64,000 nucleotides of DNA, taken from the NCBI GenBank assembly GCA_964188305.1, contig OZ076889.1. One strand, given 5' to 3'. This DNA comes from Podarcis bocagei. Taxonomy: Eukaryota. Shown here one piece after another: positions 63,949-64,000 of the stretch. The notes under the pieces were generated by a model. That model was not told the origin of the DNA. It saw only the letters and a program-made list of their open reading frames with translations, and did not search any database. The position numbers and the translations under genes are program-made. Each line of letters starts with the position of its first letter. Position 1 is the stretch's first letter.

Positions 63949-64000
63949 GTAACTGGTTTGTACTCTGTCCTTCTTTAAAACAAAACATCCAATAGTTATC

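Overview
Vertebrate genomic DNA, not prokaryotic. The repeat content (Sauria SINEs, a tRNA+CR1 SINE, a CORE-like SINE, CR1, L2, RTE and Penelope remnants) points to a squamate, probably a lacertid lizard. The window covers the conserved NFIA - TM2D1 - PATJ syntenic block. (i) About 1-5500 is the long 3' UTR of NFIA (+), containing four of the window's five N blocks. (ii) About 5.5-44 kb is gene-poor intergenic DNA with many transposon remnants and several CNE-like AT-rich tracts. (iii) The complete TM2D1 coding region lies on the minus strand (6 coding exons, 45786-56430, 206 aa); its first intron is a U12-type AT-AC intron. (iv) A head-to-head CpG-rich promoter region follows. (v) The first six coding exons of PATJ/INADL (+, 60385-63948; L27, PDZ1 and start of PDZ2) run off the window end. 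Almost all ORFs in the supplied track are chance ORFs or TE fragments. I did not find a convincing novel biological system. The most notable observations are the minor-spliceosome intron, an in-frame stop-free 90-nt PATJ intron, N blocks that may hide very conserved UTR sequence, and cleanly resolved nested or micro TE insertions. Gene and repeat names come from recalled sequence similarity, not from searches.
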